From Alphaproteobacteria bacterium (GTDB lineage Bacteria > Pseudomonadota > Alphaproteobacteria > GCA-2746255): 64,000 nt of DNA. The stretch lies in NCBI GenBank assembly GCA_965249135.1, contig OZ252220.1:448001-512000 (forward strand), read 5' to 3'. The notes under the pieces were generated by a model. It saw only the letters and a list, made by a program, of their open reading frames with translations, did no database searches and was not told the origin of the DNA. Below are positions 18,342-28,486 of the stretch, piece after piece (the first letter of the stretch is position 1; each line of letters starts with the position of its first letter). A program made the position numbers and the translations under genes.

Positions 18342-19379
18342 TTACGTGATGTTGCCGTCGAAGCCTTTCTGTTTCGCATCGACGACGTAGGGCATGCCGA
18401 GGCAATCCTGGGATTCGCCCCAGCCGTTCGTCAGCCCCTCGATGTCGTCCCATTTCAGATGGCCGCAATAGCAATAGAGGTTCGGCCACAGGATCCACGG
18501 ATAGGTGGCGACGGAGGTGCCACGCATCCTGTAGACCTTGTCGCGGACGTCCTTCACCGTTATCTCGATCTCGGTCGGCATGAAGCGCCTTCGTTTTGTG
18601 CGGCCTTCCCCTTCGACGAGACCGAACAGCTTGCCGTCATCCACGACGTAGCCGTGGAGGATAGGCCCGATCTTGTCCGTGTTCACCGGATCCTGACGGG
18701 CGCTCACGTGAATGACCAGGTCGCCGCCGGTGGCCTTGTTCCTGTCCTTGCCCCAATGGCCGTGGAACCAGGTGAGGTTCGGCAGATCGCCGATCTTCGG
18801 GTAGGTCCGCCCGTCCTCGGGCCGCATGCCCCAGCTGTGGTCCATGGTCGAGAAGCAATCGATCTTGTACTTCTTGCCGTGAAGTGTGCATTCGCCGGTG
18901 ACGTGCTGGGACTGCTCGAAATGGTGCGCCCAGGCGGAATCCTGCCAGGCCTGCGACTGATCGGAGTTGCAGAGCGGATCCATGTCCGGGTCGTGGGTGG
19001 CGTAGGGCTCGGATAAGCCCTTGAAGTGGAGGTCGAAGCTGAAGGCGCCGTCATAGCCTTCGTAGCTGACGTCGTACTCCATCGGCGCATTCACGGTCTT
19101 CACGGAAAGGCCGTTGGCGAGCGTGTATTCCTCGAGCCTCTCCGGCAGCGGCAGGTGGATCTGCGCGTCGTAGTAGAGCGCCTGCGTCGGGCTCTCGACG
19201 TGGTCCTGGTAGACGAAGATGTCCGATTTGCACACGCCCAGGTTTTTCCGGGTGATCACGTAGATGAGGACCCAGGCCTTCTCCTCCGGGATATGGAACC
19301 CCCAGTAGTTGGTCTCCGCCCAGCGCGGATCGTCGTTCGGTGGCGCATGGAATTTCATGTCTTCTGCGAGAATTGGCAT
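18342..19379 (-). CDS. Uncharacterised DHSWG-motif protein, paralogue 3 of 3 (DUF7064/DUF7065-like, from recall)
   Basis: WAETNY, TMDHSWGMRPE and GWGESQDCL motifs shared with the two upstream genes. Confidence 0.8.
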   Translation of the reverse strand: MPILAEDMKFHAPPNDDPRWAETNYWGFHIPEEKAWVLIYVITRKNLGVCKSDIFVYQDHVESPTQALYYDAQIHLPLPERLEEYTLANGLSVKTVNAPMEYDVSYEGYDGAFSFDLHFKGLSEPYATHDPDMDPLCNSDQSQAWQDSAWAHHFEQSQHVTGECTLHGKKYKIDCFSTMDHSWGMRPEDGRTYPKIGDLPNLTWFHGHWGKDRNKATGGDLVIHVSARQDPVNTDKIGPILHGYVVDDGKLFGLVEGEGRTKRRRFMPTEIEITVKDVRDKVYRMRGTSVATYPWILWPNLYCYCGHLKWDDIEGLTNGWGESQDCLGMPYVVDAKQKGFDGNIT

Positions 19380-19445
19380 CTTTAAGTTTCCCCCCCTCCG
19401 TCTGGGCTCAAATTTCGTGGCCCATCCGGTTTTTATGATGTTCGT

Positions 19446-20423
19446 TCAGGCGGCCGAGCGGTTTCCCTTCACCACGTAGTTCATGGCGAGGCAGTCCTGG
19501 GTTTCACCCCAGCCGATCCTGCCTTCGTAATCCCATTTCAGGAAACCGCAATAATTCATCATGTTCGGCCACGGGCACCACGGATAGGTGGCGACGGATT
19601 GGCCGGTGAAGTGGTGCTTCTTGCCGCGCACGTCCTCGAAGTTCATCTCGATTTCCATCGGGAAGAGGCCGTCGCGCTTCGTCGTCCCTTCGCCGCTGAC
19701 GAGGCCGTAAAGCTTTCCGTTCTCCACGCAGTAGCCGTGGAAAAGCGGGCCGACGCGCTCGGAGTTCAACGGATCGAGGTAGCTGATCCATTTAAAGGCG
19801 AGGTCCGGCCCCCAATGGGCCTGGGACCAGGCCATGTTAGGCACGCCGAGCTCGGGACGCACGCCCCAGCTATGGTCCATCGTGGTCACGCAATCGATCT
19901 TGTGCTTCTTGCCGAGCAACTGCGCCTCGCCGGTGATGTGGACCGCCTGATCGAAATGGTTCTTGTAGGCATTGACCGCCCAGGATTTCGGGTCTTCGTC
20001 TTTGATGCGCTTGGTGATGGGGTCCATCTCCGGGTCCGCGATGTCGTAGGGTTCGGATAAGCCCTTCAGATCCAAGTGAAATTCCGTATCCCCGTCGTAA
20101 CCGACATGGTTGATCCGGTATTCCATCGGCGCATTCACCGCCTTCACGGAAAGCCCCATGGGCAGCGTGTAGTCCTCGAGTTTCTTCGGGATCGGAATGT
20201 GGGTCCGGTAATCGAAGAAGAAGGCGTCCATGGGGGCCGGGTTGAAGCCCTGATAGGCGATCACATGGGCCATCATGACGCCGAGATTGGGACGCGAGAG
20301 CGTGTAGACGAGGACGTAGATCGCTTCCTGTTCGACCTGAAACGCAAAATAGTTGGTCTCCGCCCATTCGGGGTCCGAATTGGCGGGTTTATGGAACTTC
20401 GTGTCCTCGGCGGTGATCGCCAT
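19446..20423 (-). CDS. Uncharacterised DHSWG-motif protein, paralogue 2 of 3
   Basis: WAETNY, TMDHSWGVRPE, GWGETQDCL; GGAGG RBS. Confidence 0.8.
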   Translation of the reverse strand: MAITAEDTKFHKPANSDPEWAETNYFAFQVEQEAIYVLVYTLSRPNLGVMMAHVIAYQGFNPAPMDAFFFDYRTHIPIPKKLEDYTLPMGLSVKAVNAPMEYRINHVGYDGDTEFHLDLKGLSEPYDIADPEMDPITKRIKDEDPKSWAVNAYKNHFDQAVHITGEAQLLGKKHKIDCVTTMDHSWGVRPELGVPNMAWSQAHWGPDLAFKWISYLDPLNSERVGPLFHGYCVENGKLYGLVSGEGTTKRDGLFPMEIEMNFEDVRGKKHHFTGQSVATYPWCPWPNMMNYCGFLKWDYEGRIGWGETQDCLAMNYVVKGNRSAA

Positions 20424-20450
20424 GACGGTGTTTCCTCCCCTGTCGCATTT

Positions 20451-21440
20451 TTAGGCTGCTTTCTTGCCTTTCAGCTGCTTGTTGGCCTGGCAGACGTATT
20501 TCATGCTGAGGCAGTCCTGGGTTTCGCCCCAGCCGGTCTGGCCGTTCTTTTCGTCCCATTTCAGAAGCGAGGTATGGACGGCAAGGCCCGGCCAAGCAAA
20601 CCACGGGTAGCTCGACACCGATTTGCCGTGCATCGCGTAAGTCTTGCCCCGTTCGTCCGTCACTTCAAGATCGACCTCCATCGCCATGAAGCCGTCACGC
20701 TTGGAAACCCCTTTGCCTTCGACGAGGCCACGCAGCTCGCCGTTCTCGACGATATAGCCATGAAGAAGCGGGCCAATTGCGTCCGTGTTCACGGGATCGA
20801 AGCTGAGGATCGCATGAATGGCAAGGTCCTCTCCCCAATGGCCGTGGATCCAGACCATGGGCCGGCTGTCCATCTCGGGCCGCAGGCCCCAACTGTGGTC
20901 CATCGTGGTTATGCAATCGATCTTGTAAGGCGTGCCAAGGATCCTGCACTCGCCGGTCGCATGCAGCGACTGGTCGAAATGCCCCTTGTAGGACGTCTTC
21001 ATCCAGCTGTTTTCGTGTTCCGCCTGTTTCTTGGTCAGCGGGTCCAATTCCGGATCGCCGGTATCGTAAGCGGGCGCCAGGGCCTTGTAGTGGAGGTGGA
21101 ATTCCGTGTCGCCGTAGCCTTCGTAGTGGACCTCGTACTCCATCGGCGAATTCACGGATTTCACGGAAAGGCCGCTCAGGAGCGTGTAGTCCTCGAGCCT
21201 GTCCGGGCAGGGCAAGTGGGCATGCTTGTCGTAATAAAGCGCGTCCATCGATGCCTTGGTGTGGCCCTGGAAGATGAAGATATCCGAATGACAGACGCCG
21301 ACATTCTTGCGCGTCAACACGTAGAAGGCCCCCTGGATGCCCTCTTCTGGGATGGTGAACGGGAAGTAGTTGGTTTCCGCCCAGAGCGGGTCGTCGTCGG
21401 GCGGTGTGTGGAATTGCATGTCCTTGGCGGTGATCGCCAT
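20451..21440 (-). CDS. Uncharacterised DHSWG-motif protein, paralogue 1 of 3
   Basis: WAETNY, TMDHSWGLRPE, GWGETQDCL; GGAGG RBS. Confidence 0.8.
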   Translation of the reverse strand: MAITAKDMQFHTPPDDDPLWAETNYFPFTIPEEGIQGAFYVLTRKNVGVCHSDIFIFQGHTKASMDALYYDKHAHLPCPDRLEDYTLLSGLSVKSVNSPMEYEVHYEGYGDTEFHLHYKALAPAYDTGDPELDPLTKKQAEHENSWMKTSYKGHFDQSLHATGECRILGTPYKIDCITTMDHSWGLRPEMDSRPMVWIHGHWGEDLAIHAILSFDPVNTDAIGPLLHGYIVENGELRGLVEGKGVSKRDGFMAMEVDLEVTDERGKTYAMHGKSVSSYPWFAWPGLAVHTSLLKWDEKNGQTGWGETQDCLSMKYVCQANKQLKGKKAA

Positions 21441-21690
21441 GTTCCGCTTCCTCCGTGATATGACGCGATTTGATTCGTTGGCTCATACCTAGCACATTCC
21501 AGGGGGCGCATCTGCTTTTGATTGGCCCGGCTTCCGCCCTCGAACCGGGGCGGGGAGTTGCTTAAAATTCTTTTTATATTAAATAGTTAAATAGTATTTT
21601 CTCAGACCATAAATTAGTGCGTTTCCCCGGTCCTCCGTGACGGCCGGTGGGGGTAGGAAAATTTAAGCATTCTTTGGCCACCATCCTTGC

Positions 21691-23741
21691 GTGCTTAAGC
21701 CGAACGCAAGGAAGCCGTTGTCGATCCCAGCCGCCAGGAACCGAAAGGAACGCCGGGCCACCGCCAAGAAGCGGAAGGGCGCCGTCGGTGCGGCGCTGAG
21801 TGAGGCCCGCCGGCTCCATGTGTCCGGCGGTTCGGCGGCGGCCGAGGCGCTTTACCGGCAGATCGTTGACGCGGACCCGAAATGCGCGGAAGCCCACCAT
21901 GGCTTGGGCCTGCTCGCCCTTGAGAGTGGGCAGGCGGCAGCCGCGGCGGACCTCCTTGGCGAGGTTTGCGCCTTGCGGCCGCAGCCTGAATGGGAGAACG
22001 CGCTTGGCATCGCGCTTGGGACCATGGGACGCTTTGAGCAGGCAAAGGCCGCCTTTCAGCGCGCCATTGCGTTTGAGCCCGGCTTCGTGAAGGCGCTGAA
22101 CAACCTCGGCAATCTTTGTCTTTTCGAGGAAAACTTCAATGAGGCGAAGGCGCTCTTCGAGACCGCCATCCATCAAGAACCGGACTATGCGGAGGCGCTC
22201 AACAATCTCGGCGTCGCCGAGCTTGGGCTTGGCCAGACCAAAGCCGCCGAAGCTGCCTTTCGCCAGGCGATCGAGCGCAAGGCCGGTTACGCGGACGCCC
22301 TTAACAACCTCGGCAATTTGCTTCGCGAGCGCACCGCCCTTACCGAAGCCGAAAGCGCTTACCGCTCTGCCATCGAAGCCGACCCGAAGCACGCGGATGC
22401 GTATGGCAATCTGGGCACCGTGTTGAAGGACATGGCCCGCCTCAAGGAGGCGGCGGCGGCATTAGAACGCGCCCTTGAACTGGGCGGGGCGCCGGAGATG
22501 CATTCGAACGCGCTTTTCTGCCGGAATTTCTGGGATGACCAGCGCAGGACGATCTTTGAGGCCCACCTTGCCTGGGCGGCCCGCCATGAAGGGAAGGCGG
22601 CGCACGCGGCGCATACGAACCCGCCGGATGCGGAGCGTCGCCTTCGGGTGGGCTATGTGTCGCCGGATTTTCGCGCCCATTCCGTCGCCTTCTTCGTGGA
22701 GCCCCTGTTCGAAGCCCATGACCGCCGGCTGGTCGAGGTGTTCGCCTATGGGCGCGTCGCCCACGAAGATGCGGTGACGGCGCGGCTCAAAGGCTTAAGC
22801 GATCACTGGTGCACGACCGTAGGCTTCAGCGCCGAGCAGCTGGCCGAGCGGATTCGCGCCGATGGCATCGATATCCTAGTCGATCTGGCCGGCCACATGG
22901 CGAAGAACGACCTTCTTGCCTTCGCACGAAAGCCGGCACCCGTGCAGGTGACCTGGCTCGGCTATCCGAACACGATCGGCCTGGCGGCGATGGATTACCG
23001 GCTCACGGACGGGCTCGCCGACCCGAAGGGGGCGGAGGCCTTTCACCGGGAAAGGCTGCTGCGTCTCGAGGGCGGCTTCCTCTGCTACCGGCCGCCGGTC
23101 GCCCGCCCACCGGTCGCGCCCCTCCCGATGGCAAAGGCGGGCGCCGTTACCTTCGGCTCCTTCAACCAGCTCGCCAAGATGGGGGATGCAGTCCTTGCCA
23201 CCTGGGCCGAGATCCTGAACCGTCTGCCCGATGCCCGGCTCGCCTTGAAGGCACATGCGCTTACGGACGCAAGGCTGCGCGCCTGCACCCTTGACCGCTT
23301 CGCCGATCATGGGATTGCGGCGGAGCGGGTCGAACTCACAGGCTTCCTCGAGGAGACGGCTTCCCATCTTGGCCGCTATGGCGCCATCGACATCGCGCTC
23401 GATCCCTTTCCCTACAACGGCACGACGACGACCTTCGAGGCGCTCACCATGGGGGTCCCGGTGCTGACGCTGGCCGGGCAGGGGCATGCCGGGCGGGTAG
23501 GGGGAGCGTCCTGCACCGTCTGAGCCTCGGGGATTGGATCGCTAAGGACAAGGAGGCCTACGTTGTGGCCGCCCTCAAATGGGCCGGCGACATGGCGGGG
23601 CTTCGGCGTTTGCGAGAAGACTTGCGCCCCTGCATTGAGGCCTCGACGCTCACCGATGCGGCGCGTTTCACCCGCGAAGTCGAGGCCACCTACCGAACGG
23701 TTTGGAAAAAATGGTGCCGGGCGGCAGGGAAGACCGGGTAG
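21691..23741 (+). pseudogene. TPR-containing GT41 (SPINDLY/O-GlcNAc-transferase-like) glycosyltransferase, frameshifted near the 3' end
   Basis: TPRs (ALNNLG), LRVGYVSPDFRAHSV, APVQVTWLGYP, DPFPYNGTTTT. Frame breaks at the G5 run 23500-23504; the typical C-terminus SVLHRLSLGDWIA...YRTVWKKWC continues in another frame to TAG 23741. Confidence 0.85.
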
Positions 23742-23747
23742 GGAAGC

Positions 23748-24577
23748 TCATTCGCCGGAAGGCGCGGTCTTCTTTAGGGCCTCGTTCCATTGGCGGGCAT
23801 TTTTTTTCGCCTTCACGATGTCGGCAAGCAACATTTGCTTTCGATCTTGAGACGGGCCCCATTGGCGTCCCGGTGGCCGCTCTTCGCCGCAAGATCCAGC
23901 CACATATAGGCGCGAACAAAATTCTCTTTTTCGTCGCCACCGCTCGAGTAAATTTTTCCGAGACGATACCGCGCCTCACCCGCGGGCTTGGATCTGCCGG
24001 TTCGTTTCGAGGCACGCTCGTACCAATGGATCGCCCTGTCGAGGTTTCGTTTGACCCCGATCCCGCCTTCGTAGGCCCTGCCCATGCGGAGCCCGGAAAG
24101 GGTGTCGCCCTTGTTTGCGGCTTCCCAATAGAGGCTTAAGGCCTTCTCCGGGTCTGGCTTCACCCCTTCCCCGGTGAAATAAAGATCGGCAAGCCGCTGT
24201 TTTGCCTTCACGTGCCCCTGGCCGGCGGCCTCTTCGTACCAGGCGATCACCTCGGCAAGCGAACTTTCACCACCGGCTGCCGGCGGCATTAATTTTTGCT
24301 GCTCGACTTTCCGGCGCAATCCCTCCGCCAGGAGGAACTGGGCTTGCGCATCTCCCTTCTCGGCGGCGGCACGAAGCTGCGTGCCCTTTTGCACGGATGC
24401 GCCCGGAAGGCCGTGAATCTTCGACGCCTTGAAGAAATGCTCGACCTTCTCTTTCTTCTTCGTCTCGGCGATGGGCAGCGGCGAGGGCCGTGGCATCTTT
24501 TGCGGCAGTAATGAGGAGCCTGCGAACGCCGGTCCCGTCAAAAAAAGACCAATGGCGAGTGCGGCGAGGAAGCGCAT
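23748..24577 (-). pseudogene. Secreted Sel1-repeat protein, frameshifted near the 3' end
   Basis: Signal peptide and Sel1 repeats. One extra A at 23834-23836 would restore ESKMLLADIVKAKKNARQWNEALKKTAPSGE*. Confidence 0.7.
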
Positions 24578-24707
24578 CTCTCTTTTTCTCCAACCCATTG
24601 CATGTTCTCGATCTTCAAGGGGTCACCGCCAACCTTGGCCTAAGGATTGCGGACCCCCCATTCCTATGGCACAAACGCCCGGCCGAAATGCTGGGCACGC
24701 ATGTGAC

Positions 24708-25697
24708 ATGACGAAGTTCTTCGAAATTCGTTTAGGAATCGTTGCTGCGGTCTTCCTAGGTCTCGCGGCCGGTTTTGCGCCGAAAACTGCCCTTGCGGAG
24801 GACTTTGACCTCTGGCTTTCGGCGCTTCGCGCCGAAGCGGAGGAAAAGGGGGTGCGTCTCGAGATCCTGGAGGCGACGCTTGGCGACGTGGAGCCCCTTG
24901 AGCGCGTCATCGAACTGGATCGGAGCCAGCCCGAGTTCACGCTTACCTTCGACGAATACCTGGCCCGCGTCGTGCCTCCCGCACGGGTCGAGAAGGGCCG
25001 AAAGAAATTCCGGGAAAATCGAAAGCTGCTGGAAGCCGTCACCGCGCGTTATGGCGTGCAACCGCGTTTTCTGGTCGCACTTTGGGGGATCGAGACGGAT
25101 TTTGGCAGGCTCACCGGCGGTTTTTCAGTGATCCAGGCGCTGGTTACCCTCGCCCATGACGGCCGACGCAGCGCCTTTTTCCGGAAAGAGCTTCTCGCCG
25201 CGTTGCAGATTTTGAACGAGGGACACATCGCGCCGGACGCGATGATGGGCTCCTGGGCAGGGGCCATGGGCCAAAGCCAGTTCATGCCGACCACCTTCGT
25301 GGGCTTTGCGGTGGACCATGACGGGGACGGGAAACGGAACATTTGGACGTCCCGCGGGGATGTTTTCGCCTCGGCCGCGAATTACCTCGCCAAATCCGGT
25401 TGGCGTGGGGACGAGACTTGGGGACGCGCCGTTCGTTTGCCTGAGGGTTTCGCGGCGTCGCTCGTCGGTTTGGAAGTCGAAAAGCCGATTGGCGAATGGC
25501 AGATGCTCGGCGTGCGCCGTGCCAATGGCAAGGACCTGCCCAGGGCGGACATTCGAGGCTCGATCGTGCGGGCGCAAGATGGCTCAGGCCCTGCCTTTCT
25601 CGTTTACGGGAATTACCGAACCCTTCTTACCTGGAACCGTTCGACTTTCTTCGCGGTGGCCGTCGGTACGCTTGCTGACCGAATCGGCGGCCGATAG
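24708..25697 (+). CDS. Lytic murein transglycosylase (MltB family)
   Basis: DRSQPEF, ALWGIETDFG, GSWAGAMGQSQFMP; ATG at 24708 gives a signal peptide. Confidence 0.93.
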   Translation: MTKFFEIRLGIVAAVFLGLAAGFAPKTALAEDFDLWLSALRAEAEEKGVRLEILEATLGDVEPLERVIELDRSQPEFTLTFDEYLARVVPPARVEKGRKKFRENRKLLEAVTARYGVQPRFLVALWGIETDFGRLTGGFSVIQALVTLAHDGRRSAFFRKELLAALQILNEGHIAPDAMMGSWAGAMGQSQFMPTTFVGFAVDHDGDGKRNIWTSRGDVFASAANYLAKSGWRGDETWGRAVRLPEGFAASLVGLEVEKPIGEWQMLGVRRANGKDLPRADIRGSIVRAQDGSGPAFLVYGNYRTLLTWNRSTFFAVAVGTLADRIGGR

Positions 25698-25724
25698 AAT
25701 ACTAGATAGCCTGTGGGAAACGAG

Positions 25725-26591
25725 ATGAAGCACCAGATGCAGAAGCTTCGGCTTCCTTGCCGCCTTATGCTGGCCGGCCTGCTTATCTTGGCGCTCGCCG
25801 CCTGCGCCGAGACGGAGCTTGTCCTTCATGCCGTCAAGCATCTCGGCAATGAGACGCCAACACCTGCCTACAAGGTCGGCGATCCCTACCAGATTGATGA
25901 CGTTTGGTACCGCCCGGCCGTCGACTACACTTACGTCGAAACCGGGATCGCCTCATGGTATGGGGCCGATTTCCACAACCGGGCGACAGCGAATGGCGAA
26001 ACCTACAACATGAATCTCGTTATGGCGGCGCACCGCACCTTGCCACTGCCCAGCATGGTTCAGGTAACGAATCTCGAGAACGGACGTTCCTTGAAGGTGC
26101 GGGTAAACGATCGCGGCCCGTTTGCGCGCGGGCGAATCATCGACATGTCGAAACGCGGGGCCGAACTTCTGGGCTTTAAGCAACAGGGAACGGCCAAGGT
26201 GCGTGTCGAAATCCTGGCGGAAGAAAGCCGTCAACTGGCCGGCGTGCCGCCGTCTGCGTCGAAGCCGGTCGTCCTTGCTTCCACGGCAGCGGCGACCCAT
26301 CCACTGCCGACAGCAACCGTACCCGCGGCCGAACCCGTCGTTACGACCGAACTCGTGGAACCAACACAGATGTTCATTCAAGCCGGCGCCTTTGCGCGCT
26401 ATGAAAACGCAACCAGCGTAAGTTCCCGCCTGGAGGCGATCGGCGAGGCGAAGGTCGTGCCGGTCAGCGTCGGAGAGTTGGAGCTCTATCGCGTTCGCTT
26501 AGGCCCGCTTGCAAACGTTGAGGAAGCCGATGCCAAGCTCGACGAAGTGGTAAAAGCGGGCTATCCGGAGGCGCGGCTCATTGTGGACTAG
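25725..26591 (+). CDS. rlpA: Septal ring lytic transglycosylase RlpA with SPOR domain
   Basis: Lipobox LAAC, GIASWYG, AAHRTLPLPS, NDRGPF, C-terminal IQAGAF. Confidence 0.93.
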   Translation: MKHQMQKLRLPCRLMLAGLLILALAACAETELVLHAVKHLGNETPTPAYKVGDPYQIDDVWYRPAVDYTYVETGIASWYGADFHNRATANGETYNMNLVMAAHRTLPLPSMVQVTNLENGRSLKVRVNDRGPFARGRIIDMSKRGAELLGFKQQGTAKVRVEILAEESRQLAGVPPSASKPVVLASTAAATHPLPTATVPAAEPVVTTELVEPTQMFIQAGAFARYENATSVSSRLEAIGEAKVVPVSVGELELYRVRLGPLANVEEADAKLDEVVKAGYPEARLIVD

Positions 26592-26633
26592 AAAACCTTT
26601 GCCACTTCTCGTTCAAAGCAAAACGATGGGCCC

Positions 26634-27812
26634 ATGAACGCATTGATCGCGTGTTTCCAGCGCCTTGCGGCTTGCCTGCTCCTCCTCGGCGGCCTTGCCG
26701 TCTGCTTGTTCTTTTTCGGCGGCCTTGCCGTTGCGGAAGCGAATGCCGTTGAGACGAAGGCCAGCGCTGCCGTCTTGCTCGACGCCAGGACCGGAACGGT
26801 TCTTTTCGAGAAGAACGCGGACGAGCCGCTGCCGCCATCGTCCATGAGCAAGCTGATGACGGTCTATCTCGTTTTCCAGCGATTGAAGGATGGCCGTCTC
26901 TCCCTTGACGACGAATTCCTTGTCAGCAAATACGCCTGGAGGAAGGGCGGCTCCAAGATGTTCGTCGAAGTGGGCAAGGAAATTCCGATCGAGGATTTGC
27001 TCCGCGGCATCATCGTTCAATCGGGGAACGACGCCTCGATCGTTGTTGCGGAAGGATTGGCCGGCAGCGAAGAGGCTTTCGCCGATGAGATGAATGAAGA
27101 AGGAGAAAAGATGGGCCTTAAGAACAGCCTCTTCAAAAACGCGACCGGTTGGCCGGCCGAGGGGCAGAACGTATCCACCCGTGACCTTGTGATCATGGCC
27201 TTGCGAACGATTCAGGACTTTCCGGAGTACTATCACTATTACGCCGAAAAGGAATTTACCTATAGCGGGATCCGTCAAACGAACCGCAACCCACTGCTTT
27301 ATGCCATGAAGGGAGCGGACGGGCTGAAGACCGGTCATACGGAGGCGATTGGTTACGGTTTGGCAGCGTCCGTGGAACGCGACGGCCGGCGCCTCGTGCT
27401 GGTGGTGAACGGTTTGCCGAGCCAACGGGCCCGCACACAGGAATCCTGGCGGCTTCTTGAATGGGGATTCCGTGAGTTCGGCAACTATGAACTTTTCAAG
27501 GCGGACGAGGAAGTGGACAAGGTGCGCGTGTGGCTGGGCACGGAAAACACCGTGCCGCTGATCATTGAAGAAGACCTCGTTTTGACGCTGCCGCGAAAGA
27601 ACCGGAAAGAAATGCAGGTTTCGCTCATCTATAGCGAGCCTGTCCCGGCGCCGATCGTGGAAGGGACGGAAATTGCCAAGATCATCGTCAAAATTTCCGA
27701 CGCCAACGCCGCCGTGGTGCCGTTGGTGGCCGGGAAAAGTGTCGAGCAGCTTGGTTTCTTTGGCCGGATGGGGGCGGCGATGAGTTACCTTCTATGGGGT
27801 GTGTCCCATTGA
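26634..27812 (+). CDS. D-alanyl-D-alanine carboxypeptidase (PBP5/6 family)
   Basis: SMSK, SGN and KTG catalytic motifs. Confidence 0.95.
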   Translation: MNALIACFQRLAACLLLLGGLAVCLFFFGGLAVAEANAVETKASAAVLLDARTGTVLFEKNADEPLPPSSMSKLMTVYLVFQRLKDGRLSLDDEFLVSKYAWRKGGSKMFVEVGKEIPIEDLLRGIIVQSGNDASIVVAEGLAGSEEAFADEMNEEGEKMGLKNSLFKNATGWPAEGQNVSTRDLVIMALRTIQDFPEYYHYYAEKEFTYSGIRQTNRNPLLYAMKGADGLKTGHTEAIGYGLAASVERDGRRLVLVVNGLPSQRARTQESWRLLEWGFREFGNYELFKADEEVDKVRVWLGTENTVPLIIEEDLVLTLPRKNRKEMQVSLIYSEPVPAPIVEGTEIAKIIVKISDANAAVVPLVAGKSVEQLGFFGRMGAAMSYLLWGVSH

Positions 27813-27850
27813 CGCGGCGTAGGCCGCGAAGCGTTCCGGAGTAAGGGAGG

Positions 27851-28486
27851 GTGGCCTCCACAAAATTCATCACCTTCGAGGGCGGGGAAGGGGTCGGCAA
27901 GACGACCCAGGTGAAACTTCTCGCCGCCGCGCTCGAAAAATCGGGCCTTCCGGTCATAACGACGCGTGAGCCCGGTGGCTCGCCTGCCGCAGAACAAATT
28001 CGCAAACTTCTTTTCGCCGATGACGCCGAATGGGATCCGGTTTCGGAAAGCCTGCTCTTGAGTGCGGCACGGCGTGACCACCTTACGGTGACGATCTGGC
28101 CGGCCATCGAGGCCGGCAACTGGGTGCTTAGCGACCGCTTTGCCGATTCGACCCTTGCCTATCAGGGCTATGGAAAGGGAATCGAGACCGCCTGGCTCGA
28201 ATCGCTTTATGAGACGGTGGCCGGTGATTTCGCTCCCGACCTCACGCTGCTGCTCGATCTTCCGGTCGAAGAAGGGTTGAAGCGGACGGCCAGTCGCAAG
28301 GAAGGGAACAATCGCTATGAGAAAATGGATGCCGCCTTCCACGAACGGCTTCGGACCGGCTATCTTGCAATTGCGAAGGTAAATCCTGAACGCATCGCCG
28401 TCATCGAGGCCATGGGTGAAGTCGCGGCGACCCAGGCGAAAATTCAGCAAACCGTCGCCGCAAGGCTAGGAGTTCATTTCCCATGA
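27851..28486 (+). CDS. tmk: Thymidylate kinase
   Basis: FITFEGGEGVGKTTQ, TREPGG, SDRFADSTLAYQG. Confidence 0.96.
   Translation: MASTKFITFEGGEGVGKTTQVKLLAAALEKSGLPVITTREPGGSPAAEQIRKLLFADDAEWDPVSESLLLSAARRDHLTVTIWPAIEAGNWVLSDRFADSTLAYQGYGKGIETAWLESLYETVAGDFAPDLTLLLDLPVEEGLKRTASRKEGNNRYEKMDAAFHERLRTGYLAIAKVNPERIAVIEAMGEVAATQAKIQQTVAARLGVHFP

Noticed and set aside
21676-21693. GGCCACCATCC as the far att copy of the tRNA-Ser 5' end
   Set aside because: Only about 11 bp with an indel, which could easily arise by chance in GC-rich DNA.
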